Assembly (NCBI RefSeq): GCF_035084215.1
Contig: NC_090340.1
Location: forward strand, 14,942,001 to 15,006,000
Source of the DNA: Heptranchias perlo
Lineage: Eukaryota
Direction: 5' to 3'
Length of the DNA stretch: 64,000 nt
Positions within the stretch are counted from its first letter, which is position 1. The number at the start of each line of letters is the position of its first letter. Below are positions 1 through 13,585 of this stretch, one piece after another. Position numbers and translations under genes: made by a program. The notes under the pieces are model-generated. The model was given only the letters and a program-made list of their open reading frames with translations, was not told where the DNA came from and did not search any database.

Positions 1-1545
1 CTCAGAAAACGCGCAACGTCAACATTTGTGAGTTCAGACAAGTTACAGGACTAACACTTGGGAGTTCAGACACGTCACAACAATAAAACTCCTGAGTTCA
101 GACAAGGAACAGTCCTAATACTCCCCAAGTTCTAATATTGGAGGTGGTAACGTGCAGTGCTTAGAGTAGAGGGGCCAATACTGTGATAATGCTAACACAC
201 AAATGCTCACAGAAAGCACATATCTTGTCTGGTGACTGGGACAGGCGTCATGTTTTCCTATTTTTCTTCTTTATGAGGAGGGATCTCAGTGAAGTTACGC
301 TGAAATGTGTTAAATTTGCCTCAACAGTCACTGGTCAGTATGAGCACAGTCCTGTGTTGAGAGACTATCAAAGACAGCTTTGTAACAAGCTGGACACTAC
401 CTCGTCCTGCCATCTTGTGCATTCCATGCACAGTTATTCAGAAAGCCTTAATTCAGAGAGCAACAACAACAACTTACATTTATATAGCACCTTTAACATA
501 GGAAATTGTCCCATTGCGCTTCACAGAAGTGTAATCGGATAAAAATCAACACCAAGAGAAAGAAGGAGATATCAGGATGGGGGACCAAGAACTTGATTAA
601 AGCGATAGTGTAGGGGTATGGTTCGAGCCCTATGTGAGTTCAACACTCCTGCGTTCAGACAGGGCACAAGGCTAACACTCATCAGTTAATATAATGCACA
701 ACGCTAACACCATGAGCTTGGAGAAGAGACAACACGCGTGTCTTGTCCGAACTCACGCGTGTTAGCGCTGTGCATTGTCTGAACTCGGGAGTGTTAGCGC
801 TGTGCCTTGTCTGAGCTCACTAGTGTTGAACTTACTTGTGGCTCGAACCATACTCTGACACCACCTCTTTAATCAAGCGCTTGGTCACTCATCCTGATAT
901 CTCTTTCTTTGCCTTGGTGTCAATTTTTACCCGTCTGTGTTTAGACAAGGACAGCGCAAACACTCCCGAGTTCAAACAAGGCAAAACGCTAACACTCCCG
1001 AGTTCAAACAAGGCATAGCACCAACATTCGTGAATTCAGTTAATGCACAGCGCTAATAGTCGTAAGTTCAAACAAGGCATAGCGCATCACTCGTGATTTC
1101 AGACAAAGCGTGGCATTAACACTTGTGAGTTCAGATAATGCACAGCGCGAACATTCCCGGGTTCAGACAAGGCACAGAACTAATATTCGTGAGTTCCCAC
1201 AAGACATGCCGCTACAATTAATGAGTTCAGATAACACAGAGCGCGAACACTCTTGGGTTCATTATAATGCTTACTGCTAATAGTCCTGAGTTTAGACAAG
1301 GCACAATGCGAACATTCCTAATCTGACAATTCACAGCGCTATCACTCGTACGTTCAGATAAGGCACAGCACTAACATTCCCAAGTTCAGACAAGACACAA
1401 GGTTAACAGTTGTGAGTTCAGACAAGGCACTGCGCGAACACTCGTCGGTTCAGATAAGGCACAGCACTAACATTCCCAAGTTCAGACAAGACACAAGGTT
1501 AACAGTTGTGAGTTCAGACAAGGCACTGCGCTAACACTCGTGAGC
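1..1545. repeat. Degenerate ~32-bp minisatellite (consensus ~GGCACAGCGCTAACACTCGTGAGTTCAGACAA) in blocks 1-135, 635-830 (part inverted) and 940-1545
   Basis: Recurring gcacagcgctaacac / gagttcagacaag motifs at ~32-bp period. A near-exact 3-unit (~96 bp) higher-order duplication lies at ~1352-1540. Confidence 0.9.
283..635 (+). repeat. Diverged duplicate of 1543-1885 (unique DNA + L2 3' tail + first ~25 bp of a putative LTR)
   Basis: ctcagtgaagttacgctgaaatgtgttaaatttgcctcaacag (285) matches ctcagtgaaattacgctgaaacgtgttaaatttgcctcaacag (1545), and the two stay colinear to gtatggttc(g/a)agccc. Confidence 0.85.
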
Positions 1546-1724
1546 TCAGTGAAATTACGCTGAAACGTGTTAAATTTGCCTCAACAGACACTGGCAGGAT
1601 GAGCATCTCCTGTGTTGAGATACTATCTAAGGCAGACCTGAACTTTGTAGCAAGCTGGGCAGAACCTCATCCTGGCATCTTGTGCATTCCAGGCACAGTT
1701 ATTCAGAAAGCCTTAATGTGGCAG

Positions 1725-3010
1725 CAACAACAGCTTACATTTTTATAGCACCTTTAACTAGGAAAATGTCCAATGCACTTCACAGGAGTGTAATCAGATA
1801 AAAATCGACACCAAGGCAAAGAAGCAGGTATCAGGATGGGTGACCATTATGAAAGTGAAGGTGTGGAAGTATGGTTCAAGCCCCATGAAGTCAAGTAGCC
1901 AATAAGGCGCTGCTCCGCCTGGGTCTACGTAAGAATGGGAACTGAGCTAACTAAGTTCAGGAGAACAATAACGGTCTGACGAGCTAAGGTAAGGATGGAT
2001 TGACACAGTCATGTTGACTGAGCACATCTACCATCACTGCCGATGACCATGACAGTTGGACGAGGTAATTATAGGGTCAGTACATGTATAGATAAGAAGT
2101 TGCCACATCTTGGTGACAAAATTATTGTCCAAGAAACGAGTAGAATGGGATAGCTAAAGGCTACAAAGGGAGAGCTCAGGCCACTTAGAGTTAGAACAGT
2201 TCTGATCAGTTTGCGTTCGCGGGAAAACCAGGTTTTATAAGTTCATATTAAATAACCGTAATAGTTATTATGCTATTGATGTCTATGAGGAATAATTTGT
2301 CTAAAGTCATAGATTCCTTATAGGGAGGTTTTAAGGAAGATCTTAAAGTAGGAGAGAGTAAAGAGATGGAGAGATTTAGGGAGGGAATTCCAAAGCTTAG
2401 GTTTGCGAAGGGGGTGGCGGATGCACAAGAGGCCAGATTTGGAGGAATGCAGATTTATTGGTCGGTTGTCGGGCTGCAGAATGTCACAAAGATAGGAAGG
2501 GGTGAGGCCATGGAGGGATTTGTACGTGAGAATGAGAACTTGAAACTCAAGGCATTGGTGGACTGGGAGCCAATGTAGGTGAACGAGCACAGGGGTAAAG
2601 GGTGAGTTGGACTTGTTGCGAATTAGGATTATGAGCAGCAGAGTTTTGGATGAGCTCAAGTTTATGGAGGGTGGAAGATGGAAGGCCGGCCAGGAGAACA
2701 TTAGTATTGTCGAGTCTGGAGGTAACAAAAGCATGGTTGAGGGTTTCAGCAGCCGATAAGCTGAGGCAGGCGGAGAGACTGATGATGTTACGGAGGTGGA
2801 AGTAGGCAACCATTGTATGGAGAGGCTATGGGGTCCGAAGCTCAGCTCAGGGTCATATAGCAAGTCGAGGTTGTGAATGGTATGGTTCAGCCTGAGACAG
2901 TGACCAGGAAGCGGGATGGAATGAGTAGTGAGGGAACGGAGTTTGAGGCGGGCGTCGATGACAATGGCTTTGGTCCACCCAATGTTTAATTGGAGGAACT
3001 TGCAGCTCAT
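1725..3010 (-). mobile_element. L2-clade LINE 3' fragment, split by a solo-LTR-like insert
   Basis: Minus-strand translation contains LHWLPVHQCLEFQVLILTYKSLHGLTPSYL and AETLNHAFVTSRLD, typical of the L2 ORF2 C-terminus. The L2-type tail is near 1725-1760. Confidence 0.8.
1862..2322 (+). mobile_element. Probable solo LTR (~460 bp) inserted in the L2 3' region
   Basis: Starts TGT and ends attcctta(t)a, an imperfect inverted match to the start (tgtaggggtat in the duplicated copy). Contains CCAAT (~1900), a TATA-like site (~2235) and ATTAAA (~2246). L2 sequence resumes on both sides. Confidence 0.45.
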
Positions 3011-3249
3011 GCTGCTCATTCTCCTTCCATTGCTTCTTCTCTTGCTCATTCAAAAAAAAAATCACAAGATAACTATGGATGAGCAAAGCTATTTTGCTCG
3101 CCTTGAATCAAATATTGATCCATTTGTGTGAAGAAGGAATTCTTGATATTAGTTTTAAATTTGAATGTATTTCATTTTCTCCTACACTGGCGACCCTCCT
3201 TGTGGCCCTTCTTGGGATCCACGTCAACTATGTTGAACTGCAGTTTCTG

Positions 3250-4560
3250 ATCTGTCAAGCCAATGCATGAGACTTCTACTATGGAAGCAGTAAATGTTAA
3301 CACTGCAGAAATGACAACAGCTCTTATACTCTCGTCTCGATGTCTGGCGGCTGCAGTGATCTCCTGGACTGCCACAATCACAGAGTCTTCCTCACATCAT
3401 CTCCTGGCTCCCTCATTGCATTGCAGATGCAGGTTCTGGACTTCTCCAATGGTTCCATCATCCGCACCATGAGAGAAGAGTCTTTGTTACTGCCTACAAG
3501 TGAGAGCTATGCTCATGCATCATTGATCTTTAACAGTCCAGGCTCCGGAGATCTTGGTCTTGGAATCCTTTGCTGAGGCCTCTTGTTAATGTCACCACCG
3601 AGGAGAGAGAGATGTCTCCTCAAATTTGCCCATCAGCTTCTCCCGCTCGCTGCTGCTCTATGATCCAACCAGTATTGTCTACTGTGTCAGTAATACCGCC
3701 TCCCTGAATGGGTGTATCTGAGCTGTTGCTTGAGTAAAGATCAGGTGCAGCAAGGGTCTTTCGGAGGCACCAGTCTGCTCAGATCTGTCTTTCTCTAAGC
3801 ATTCAGCACCTTTGAGGAATGCAAAGGACAACCAACTGACTTGTGCATTATGAGATATGACTGAGAAATAGATGCCGGCCCTTCCCACCATCAAAATATC
3901 AGCTGACATCAAAAACCCACAGCTCTGTAAATACTCCATCATATTATCAGCCAAAACTGAAGTCTCCCCTTCATCTTCTCCATCCAGCACCGGCTCCTCA
4001 ATGTATCTGTCCAAGAATTGACGATCTTGCTTCCTCCTTTGTCTGCTGAGGTGCCTGATACTTGTCATTCCTACACCCTTGTTTGCCCTTTGCCTCTGAT
4101 TTTGCACATGTTTCTCTGTTGGATTCACAAATGGTACAGGCTATTTTGCAATGTGGTTCCACTCAGGTGTCCGCAGACATTCCCTTGCGAAAATGCCAGG
4201 ATGACCAGTTGGAGATGAGCCATCCTTCCAACAGCATGCCAACACCTGAATGGGTGCTTGTTCATTCATTCACTTTGGCCAGCCTGCTGATGGCTTTAAA
4301 ATCTTTCCAGCACTAAGTTTCTAATTGTGGGGTTGCGGACTTGCTACTGTCCAATTCCAGATACCATCTCCTTCGAGACTGCCTACTCATCCTTTACCTG
4401 AGGCACAATTCCCTGGGTGCCAAGGAGCACCTGGCAGAGATTAGGACCTTCTGGCCCTAATCTCTGCCAGAAATTTCTCTTACCAATATTCAAGTCTCAT
4501 TTCTGCTTCTTGTTGACCCCCTGCTCTTGTGGAGACTTCAGCCTTTCAACAGCTGCATCT
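3250..4560 (-). mobile_element. Highly degenerate PIF/Harbinger Myb/SANT-like gene remnant
   Basis: Minus-strand fragments FLAEIRARR...VLLGTQG...CWKDFKAISRLAK|gtgaat resemble the Myb-like exon seen at 26.7 kb and 49.3 kb (QCRKKFNGLT.VVK|gtgagt). Confidence 0.4.
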
Positions 4561-5246
4561 TGCCCCAATTTCCCTCCTGCCCAGCTGCGGTGACACAGTC
4601 AGTGATGGGGTTCTCACTGGAATCCTCAGTGAGCACACCCCGAATGTACAACCAGCTGCTAGTGGGATGGCGTGGGCAGGCATAAGTCCCACCCTGCCAT
4701 TCAGCAGCATCGTCAGGGAAATTCCTAGAATTTTGGCACTTACATAATTCCTACAATTATGACCTGGGTTGATATGTCACCCTGATTGACAATCAATGAT
4801 GCTTCACTGACAGACCCAGCAACCAAACTGACACCTCCAGCAGGCAAAGCACCCAAATTGTCAATGCTTCAAAGGCCATATAAGCTCCCATGATCTGGAA
4901 AACTGCCTCCACTGGCTCTTGTCCAGGGGCGTACTGACCCAGCTACTCAAATGGACACCTGAAGTTCAACCAGAGCTATCAACACCCAAACTTTATTAAA
5001 CCATCCCAAGCCAACGGAAGCTGACCCCGCTCCCTGAGGATACAAAGCACTGCCGGCTGTCAGAGCTTTCTGGAATGACACTCATCGCCATCTTAAGGAA
5101 TTACAACCTTGCTCTTCCAGCACCAATTTGAACAAACTAGTCCTGCAAAACTTAGAAGGTATTCCAAAGCCATTAGCTGGAAACCACTCTCTCTCCACCA
5201 CCTTTGATGCCCTTGTCCCCAATAAAATATTTCCCCATTATCATTT

Positions 5247-5566
5247 AGCCTTGGCTCAGTGGTATCAATCTCACCTCTGAATTGGAATGTTGTGGGTTCA
5301 AGCCCCACTCCAGAAACTTAATCCCATAGGCTATGCTGTCAGCTCAATGGAGTACTAAGGGAGTGCTGCACTGTAGGAGGTGCTATCTTTTGGATGAGAC
5401 ATTAAAACGAGGCTCTGCCTATCCTTTCAGCTGGATGTAAAAGTTCCACAAGGCACGATTCAAAAAAGGGCTGGGGAGTTCTCCAAAATTTATCCTTCAA
5501 CCAACATCATGAAAAAAGGTTATCTGGCCATTATCTCACTGCTGTTTTGGGAGCTTGCTGTGCAGA
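5247..5566 (+). mobile_element. tRNA-derived Deu-domain SINE (SacSINE1/AmnSINE1-like)
   Basis: A box tggctcagtgg, B box ggttcaagccc, and Deu core gagtactaagggagtgctgcactgtaggaggtgctatcttttggatgagacattaaa. Confidence 0.75.
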
Positions 5567-6010
5567 AATCATAGAATTACCTAGAATGTGCAGCACAGAA
5601 ACAGTCCACGTAGCCCAACAGGTCTATGCCGGTGTTTACGTTCCACATGAGCCCTCTCCCACCTTACTTCATCTCAACCTATCAACATATCGTTCTATTC
5701 CTTTCTCCCTCAGGTACACATTTAACTTCCCCTTAAATGTATCTATTTTTCCTTTGTTTCCTTCCTTTTTAACTCTTTAGGGTACAAGAGGTAAGAAACA
5801 ACCAAGACTGAAATGTTTTTCTCAATAATTTTATTGACATTAGGACATGACAGGTTTCCAACCAAAGATGACACACATACGGTTTGGGAGTTTAGAAAAA
5901 AATAATGGCAGTAAAGACTCACAAATCCATAGGATCTGATGGTTTCCATCCCAAGGTTTTAAAGGAGGTAAGTGAGGAAATTGCAGATGCTTTAGCCATA
6001 ATCTTCAAGT
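5567..6010. mobile_element. CR1 LINE fragments (3' tail on -, ORF2 pieces)
   Basis: CR1-type 3' tail plus a GxDG.HPRVLKE-like motif at ~5930-5970. Confidence 0.65.
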
Positions 6011-6287
6011 GTACCATGCCCTGACCCTGTAGCCTACTAAGGCTCCAGACACATACTTTTCTCTAAACATCATAGACAGTAAGCTAAGACCATCATGCAC
6101 TCAGCCTTTGGCCAAGATCAATCAAATTCTATTCTGTTACCAAGTAATCCAGGGGATCAAGTAAATCCCTTTCGTCTTCCTTAAAAACAGGTATTGAAAG
6201 TTCATATTGAAAATTGCAAAATCCTTCACTTCCTTCCTTCCCCTGGTTTGGTGCCCATCTTCACTGCTTCAAGCCCAAGGGGCAACA

Positions 6288-8502
6288 TTTTTTTTTTTTT
6301 ATTCGTTCACGGGATGTGGGCGTCGCTGGCAAGGCCGGCATTTATTGCCCATCCCTAATTGCCCTCGAGAAGGTGGTGGTGAGCCGCCTTCTTGAACCGC
6401 TGCAGTCCCTGTGGTGACGGTTCTCCCACAGTGCTGTTAGGAAGGGAGTTCCAGGATTTTGACCCAGCGACAATGAAGGAACGGCAATATATTTCCAAGT
6501 CGGGATGGTGTGTGACTTGGAGGGGAAGGTGCAGGTGGTGTTGTTCCCATGCGCCTGCTGCCCTTGTCCTTCTAGGTGGTAGAGGTCTGTCGAAGAAGCC
6601 TTGGCGAGTTGCTGCAGTGCATCCTGTGGATGGTGCACACTGAAGCCACAGTGCGCCGGTGGTGAAGGGAGTGAATGTTTAGGGTGGTGGATGGGGTGCC
6701 AATCAAGCGGGCTGCTTTATCTTGGATGGTGTCGAGCTTCTTGAGTGTTGTTGGAGCTGCACTCATCCAGGCAAGTGGAGAGTATTCCATCACACTCCTG
6801 ACTTGTGCCTTGTAGATGGTGGAAAGGCTTTGGGGAGTCAGGAGGTCAGTCACTCGCCGCAGAATACCCAGCCTCTGACCTGCTCTTGTAGCCACAGTAT
6901 TTATATGGCTGGTCCAGTTAAGTTTCTGGTCAATGGTGACCCCCAGGATGTTGATGGTGGGGGATTCGGCGATGGTAATGCCGTTGAATGTCAAGGGGAG
7001 GTGGTTAGACTCTCGCTTGTTGGAGATGGTCATTTCCTGGCACTTATCTGGCGCGAATGTTACTTGCCACTTATCAGCCCAAGCCTGGATGTTGTCCAGG
7101 TCTTGCTGCATGCAGGCTCGGACTGCTTCATTATCTGAGGGGTTGCGAATGGAACTGAACACTGTGCAGTCATCAGCGAACATCCCCATTTCTGACCTTA
7201 TGATGGAGGGAAGGTCATTGATGAAGCAGCTGAAGATGGTTGGGCCTAGGACACTGCCCTGAGGAACTCCTGCAGCAATGTCCTGGGTCTGAGATGATTG
7301 GCCTCCAACAACCACTACCATCTTCCTTTGTGCTAGGTATGACTCCAGCCACTGGAGAGTTTTCCCCCCGATTCCCATTGACTTCAATTTTACTAGGGCT
7401 CCTTGGTGCCACACTCGGTCAAATGCTGCCTTGATGTCAAGGGCAGTCACTCTCACCTCACCTCTGGAATTCAGCTCTTTTGTCCATGTTTGGACCAAGG
7501 CTGTAATGAGGTCTGGAGCCGAGTGGTCCTGGCGGAACCCAAACTGAGCATCGGTGAGCAGGTTATTGGTGAGTAAGTGCCGCTTGATAGCACTGTCGAC
7601 GACACCTTCCATCACTTTGCTGATGATTGAGAGTAGACTGATGGGGCGGTAATTGGCCGGATTGGATTTGTCCTGCTTTTTGTGGACAGGACATACCTGG
7701 GCAATTTTCCACATTGTCGGGTGGATGCCAGTGTTGTAGCTGTACTGGAACAGCTTGGCTAGAGGCGCAGCTAGTTCTGGAGCACAAGTCTTCAGCACTA
7801 CAGCTGGGATGTTGTCAGGGCCCATAGCCTTTGCTGTATCCAGTGCACTCAGCCGTTTCTTGATATCACGTGGAGTGAATCGAATTGGCCGAAGACTGGC
7901 TTCCGTGATGGTGGGGATATCGGGAGGAGGCTGAGATGGATTATCCACTCGGCACTTCTGGCTGAAGATGGTTGCAAACGCTTCAGCCTTGTCTTTTGCA
8001 CTCACGTGCTGGACTCCGCCATCATTGAGAATGGGGATGTTTGCAGAGCCTCCTCCTCCCGTTAGTTGTTTAATTGTCCACCACCATTCACGACTGGATG
8101 TGGCAGGACTGCAGAGCTTTGATCTGATCCGTTGGTTGTGGAATCGCTTAGCTCTGTCTATAGCATGTTGCTTCCATTGTTTAGCATGCATGTCGTCCTG
8201 AGTTGTAGCTTCACCAGGTTGGCACCTCATTTTTAGGTACGCCTGGTGCTGCTCCTGGCATGCTCTTCTACACTCCTCATTGAACCAGGGTTGATCCCCT
8301 GGCTTGTTGGTAATGGTAGAGTGAGGAATATGCCGGGCCATGAGGTTACAGATTGTGCTGGAATACAATTCTGCTGCTGCTGATGGCCCACAGCGCCTCA
8401 TGGATGCCGAGTTTTGAGCTGCTCGATCTGTTCTGAATCTATCCCATTTAGCACGGTTGTAGTGCCACACAACACGTTGGATGGTGTCCTCAGTGCGAAG
8501 AC
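6288..8502 (-). mobile_element. Young 5'-truncated non-LTR retrotransposon (CR1/L2/Jockey-group LINE; clade not resolved) with an open RT ORF
   Basis: ORF 6572-8578 contains [32 protein letters not shown] and FADD. The polyA tail reads as polyT at 6288-6300. The first ~25 aa of the ORF come from flanking DNA, and a ~16-nt deletion near the C-terminus is seen relative to the copy at 55.6 kb. Confidence 0.92.
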
Positions 8503-9229
8503 ATGCACAACATGCTTCGTCATCTATCTCCATCTCATGCTGGACTACATGAAGAACCTGAATCACGTTCTCCAACACCTTCCCCCCCCACCCACCCCCT
8601 CCTCCCCACCTTAGAACTGGATCACGTTTTCCCTCCGCTAGATCCGAATCATGCTCTTGTTATTTTTTACAACACCTTTTGGGCCACATTTGAACGGCAG
8701 CTATTTGACGTCATAGGAAGACCCTTTTTGCAAGTTCTCGCAGTGATGTCATGCAATGCCGTACGCAGGGTGCCGCGCCGAGGGATGTTGTTGGATCAGA
8801 TGAAATCCGTAAATTAATACACAGTGTCACTATTCAATTCAATAATGTAATGTTACTGGAAGTGAGTACAGCAAAATACGGCGAAAACTGTTTGTAATTC
8901 TGGAGCTGCTAAACTTTGATCCTCGTCGCTTGTGACTCTTCCATCTCGTTTCATGCCATCTTCTATTGCCATGTTACTTTCTCTTCGGCCCATGGACAAA
9001 CACCATACCCCTATTCCAAAGGCTACCGATTTGTTCTCTTCAATGCGGCAGTGGAATTTTTTTCAGAAGAAGGCAAGTATTCTAGTCTCATTTTCACTGG
9101 ACCTTGAAAATCAAAATTTGGAATTAAATATTTCAGTATTGGAAATCCTTTGACTTAATTTATGTTTTTATGTTTCATCTACTCACACTGTTTCCATATA
9201 TATATCAGCAACAATATCATGAAAGTAGG

Positions 9230-10720
9230 ATACACACCCACGACTATATCAATATCATTAGACTTTCACACACCCACCACTGTATCAATAACATTAGACT
9301 TACACACACCCACCACTATATCAATATCATTAGACTTACAAACACCCACCACTGTATCAATATCATCAGACTTACACACAACCACCACTGTATCAATATC
9401 ATTAGACTTACACCCACCCAACACTAAATCAATATCATTAGACTTACAGATGCCCACCACTATATCACTATCATTAGACTTACACCCACCCATCAATATA
9501 TCAATATCATTAGACTTACAGACACTCACCACTAAATCAATATCATTAGACTCACAGACACACTCAGCACTGCATCATTAATATTAGACTTACAAACACT
9601 GAACAATACATCAATATCATTGCACTCACAGACACAATCATCACTGCATCAATATCATTACACTTACAGACACTATCACCACCACATCAATATCATTACA
9701 TCACAGACACACTCAGCACTGCATCAATATCACTAGACTCAGACACACTCAGCACTACCTCAGTATGATTACATTCACAGGCACACTCACCACTGCATCA
9801 CTATCATTAAACTCAGACGCACTCAGACTCACACAATTATAATTACACTCACAGATACACTCACCACTGCATCACTATCATTGGACTCAGAACGCTCACC
9901 ACTACATCAACATAATTACACTCACAGCCACATTCACCATTGCACCATTATCATTAGACTCAAACACACTCACCTCGACATCAATATCACTAAACTCACA
10001 GACACACTCACCACTGCAAAAATGTTATTGGACTCAGACACACTCACCACTCCATCAATATCATTACACTCACAGATCCACTCACCACCACATCAATATC
10101 ATTATACTCTCAGACACACTCACCACTGCATCAATATCGTTGGACTTACAGACACCGACCGCCACATCAATATCATTATACTCACAGACACACTCAACTC
10201 GACATCAATACCATTAGACTTACAGACACACTCTCCACCGCATCAATATGATTAGACTTACAGACACCCACCACGACATCAATAATATTACTCACAGACA
10301 CACTCACCACTACATCAAAATCGTTACACTCAAAGACACACTGACCACTGCATCAATATCATTATACTCACGGACATACTCATCACTGCATCACTATCAT
10401 TAAGCTCAGACACACTCAGCACCACATCAATATAATTACACTCACAGACATACTCACCACTGCACCACTATCATTAGACTCAAACACACTCACTTCTACA
10501 TCACTATCAGTGCACTCGCAGACACATCACTGCCTCACTATCGTTAGACTTGCAAACACAATCACCACTGTATCAATATCACTAAACTCACAGACACACT
10601 CAACACTATCAATATCATTAGACTCACAGTCGCACTCATCACTGTATCATTATCACTACACTCACAGACACACTCACCACTGCAACACTATCGTTTACTC
10701 GCAGACACACCACTGCCTCA
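9230..10720. repeat. 33-35-bp minisatellite (~CAGACACACTCACCACTGCATCAATATCATTAGACT)
   Basis: About 40 tandem copies. The first ~10 are 33 bp, which produces the repetitive 11-aa ORFs in the track. Confidence 0.92.
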
Positions 10721-11539
10721 AGGAATATGTTTTGTTACACCATCTCCGTTTTCGCAATAATTATAGAATTACTTTTTCGTAGGATGAAATTAATGTACTG
10801 ATATACTTGGATCGTTCAAAAAACTCAAGCTAAAACAATCTGATACTAAAACACGATTTTTAAAAATTCTAAATAACTATGCGATCATCCCTGGATGTCA
10901 AAAATATTACAACATACCCCTTTAATTTGTGCCTGTCAGAATTGATTCAGTGATAGCTTTTCATCCCGTTCATAGTGAGTTGACCAAATTACCTAATTTA
11001 TATTAAAATCAGTTGTTATTTTGATTAAGAAACAACCAAAGGTCGAAAGCAGAAGAATTTCTCACCACTTGGTTTTCACTGTGCTCAACGTGAAATGACA
11101 TCGAAATAAAAATGTGCTACTTTGCCATAAATATTCAACTGAAATTCTCCAAATTGTTTCGCCACTTCGAAAGAAATGCCCTCTCGAAGCCCAGAAGCTG
11201 CGAGCACTCTAATAGATATAATAATGATATTGTCATACTGAATATGCAATGCATCACCTGTAAAAATAGGCTACAGAAAGCAGAAAATCCCAGTTTTGAG
11301 CCGAGATTTGTACTGTTTGATCTGGACTATGCCGAGGTTGAGAGACTAGAAATTAGGCCAGGGAACTGGGGCACTAATTAGAATGGAGGGACATGACGTC
11401 CTATCCTTCATGGAACCATGTTTTCAGCGGAGCGAGACTGGGAACGAAATATTTCTGGTTTAAAAATTTTCAGGAGAGGAACGAATGCATCAATTGCAAC
11501 AATTATACATTCCTTTCTGGCGCAAAAACACAAAAGGAA

Positions 11540-13585
11540 AAGCGGCGCAAACATGGCTAACAAAAGAAATTAAGGATAGTATAAGATCCAAAGAGGAGTC
11601 ATATAAAGTTGCCAGAAAAAGTGGCAAGCCTGAGGATTAGGAGCAGTTTAGAATTCAGCAAAAAGGACGAAGAAATTGATTAAGAGGGGAAAATAGAGTA
11701 TTAGAGTAAACTTGCAAGGAACATAAAAGTGGACTGTAAAAGCTTCTACAAGTATGCAAAAAGAAAAAGATTAGTGAAGACAAATGCAGGTCCCTTACAC
11801 TCAGAAACGGGAGAATTTATAATGGGGAACGTGGAAATGGCAGAGCAATTAAACAAATACTTTGGTTCTGTCATCACGGAAGAGGACACAAATAACTTCC
11901 CAGAAATGTTAGGAACCAAGGGACTAGTGAGAACGAGGAATTAAAGGAAATTAGTATTCATAAAGAAATAGTGCTGGAGAAATTAATAGGACTGAAAGCT
12001 GATAAATCCGATAAAGGGCCTGATAATCTGCATTCCAGAGTACTAAAAGAGGTAGCCATGGAAATAGTGGATGCATTAGTTGTCGCCTTCCAAAATTCTA
12101 TAGATTATGGAACAGTTCCTGCAGATTGGGGAGTGGCAAATGTAAACCCACGATTCAAAAAAGGAGGGAGAAAGAAAACAGGGAACTACAGACCGGTTAG
12201 CCTAACATCAATAGTAGGGAAAATGCTAGAGCCTTTTCTAACGGATGTGATAACAGGACACTTAGAAAATATCAATGGGATTAGACAAAGTCAGCATGGA
12301 TTTATGAAAGGGAAATCTTGTTTGACAAACCGACTGGAGCTTTTTTGAGGATGTAACTGGTTGAATAGATAAGGGAGAACCGGTGGATGCGGTTTATTTG
12401 GATTTTCGGAAGGCCTTTGATAAAGTCCCACATAAGAGGTTAGTGTGCAAAATAAAAGCATATGGGATTGGTGGTAATATACTGGCATGGATTGAAAATT
12501 GGTTAAAGGACAAGAAACAGAGTGGGAATAAATGAGTCTTTATTGGGGTGGCAGGCAGCGACTAGTGGGGTACCGCAGGGATTAGTGCTTGGGGCCCAGC
12601 TATTCACAATATACATCAATGATTTTTATGAGGGAACCAAATGTAATATTTCCAAGTTTGCTGACGACACAAAACTAGGTGGGATTGTGAATTGTGAGGA
12701 GGATGCAAAGAGGCTTCAAGGCAATTTAGACAAGTTGAGTGAGTGGGCAAATACATGGCAGATGCAGTATAATGTGGATAAATGTGAAGTTATCCACTTC
12801 AGAAGGAAAAACAGAAAGGCAGAGTATTATTTACATGGTAATAGATTGGGAATGCTGATGTACAAAGGGACCTGGGTGTCCTTGTACACCAGTCAGTGAA
12901 AGCAAATATGCGGGTGCAGCAACCAGTTTGGAAGTCAAATGGTATATTGGCCTTCATTGCAAGAGGATTTGTGTATAGGAGCAAGGATGTCTTACTGCAG
13001 TTATACAGGGCCTTGGTGTGACCACACCTGGAGTATTGTGTGCAGTTTTCGTCTCCTTACCTAAGAAAGGATATACTTGCCATAGAGGGAGTGCAGCGAA
13101 TGTTCACCAGACTGATTCCTGGGATGGCAGGGCTGTCATATGAGGACAGCTTGGATCAATTCGGCATGTATTCACTCGAGTTTAGAAGAATGAGAGGTGG
13201 TCTCATTGAAACATATAAAATTCTGACAGGGCTAGACAGACTGGATGCGGGGAGGAAGTTTCCCCTGAATGGGGGGTCCGGATCAAGGGGCCACAGTCTC
13301 AGGATACGGGGTAGGACATTTAGGACGGAGATGAGGAGAAATTTTTTCACTCAGAGGGTGGTGAACCTGTGGAATTCTCTACCACAGATGGGTGTGGAAG
13401 CCAATTCACTGAATATATTTAAGATGGAGCTAGATAGATTTCTAGACACAGGGGGCATCAAGGGGTATGGGGAGAGAGCGGGAATACGGTATTAAGATAG
13501 AGGATCAGCCATGATCATATTGAATGGCGGAGCTGGTTCGAAGGGCCAACTGGCCTACTCCTGCTCCTATTTTCTATGTTTCCAT
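11540..13585 (+). mobile_element. CR1 LINE, 5'-truncated, degraded ORF2
   Basis: GPDNLHSRVLKE, GNYRPVSLTS, SQHGFMKGKSCLTN, KFADDTKL and FFTQRVVNLWNSLP, followed by a CR1 3' tail. Confidence 0.92.

Noticed and set aside
1-1545. Array of recombination signal sequences (CACAGCG heptamers)
   Set aside because: There is no ACAAAAACC-like nonamer at 12- or 23-bp spacing and no adjacent V/D/J segments.
8706-8713. CRE palindromes TGACGTCA (also 32908-32915)
   Set aside because: Isolated 8-mers are expected by chance and neither is linked to a gene.
9162-10782. Repeat-protein genes suggested by the ORF track
   Set aside because: They are products of a 33-bp minisatellite, with no splice or promoter context.
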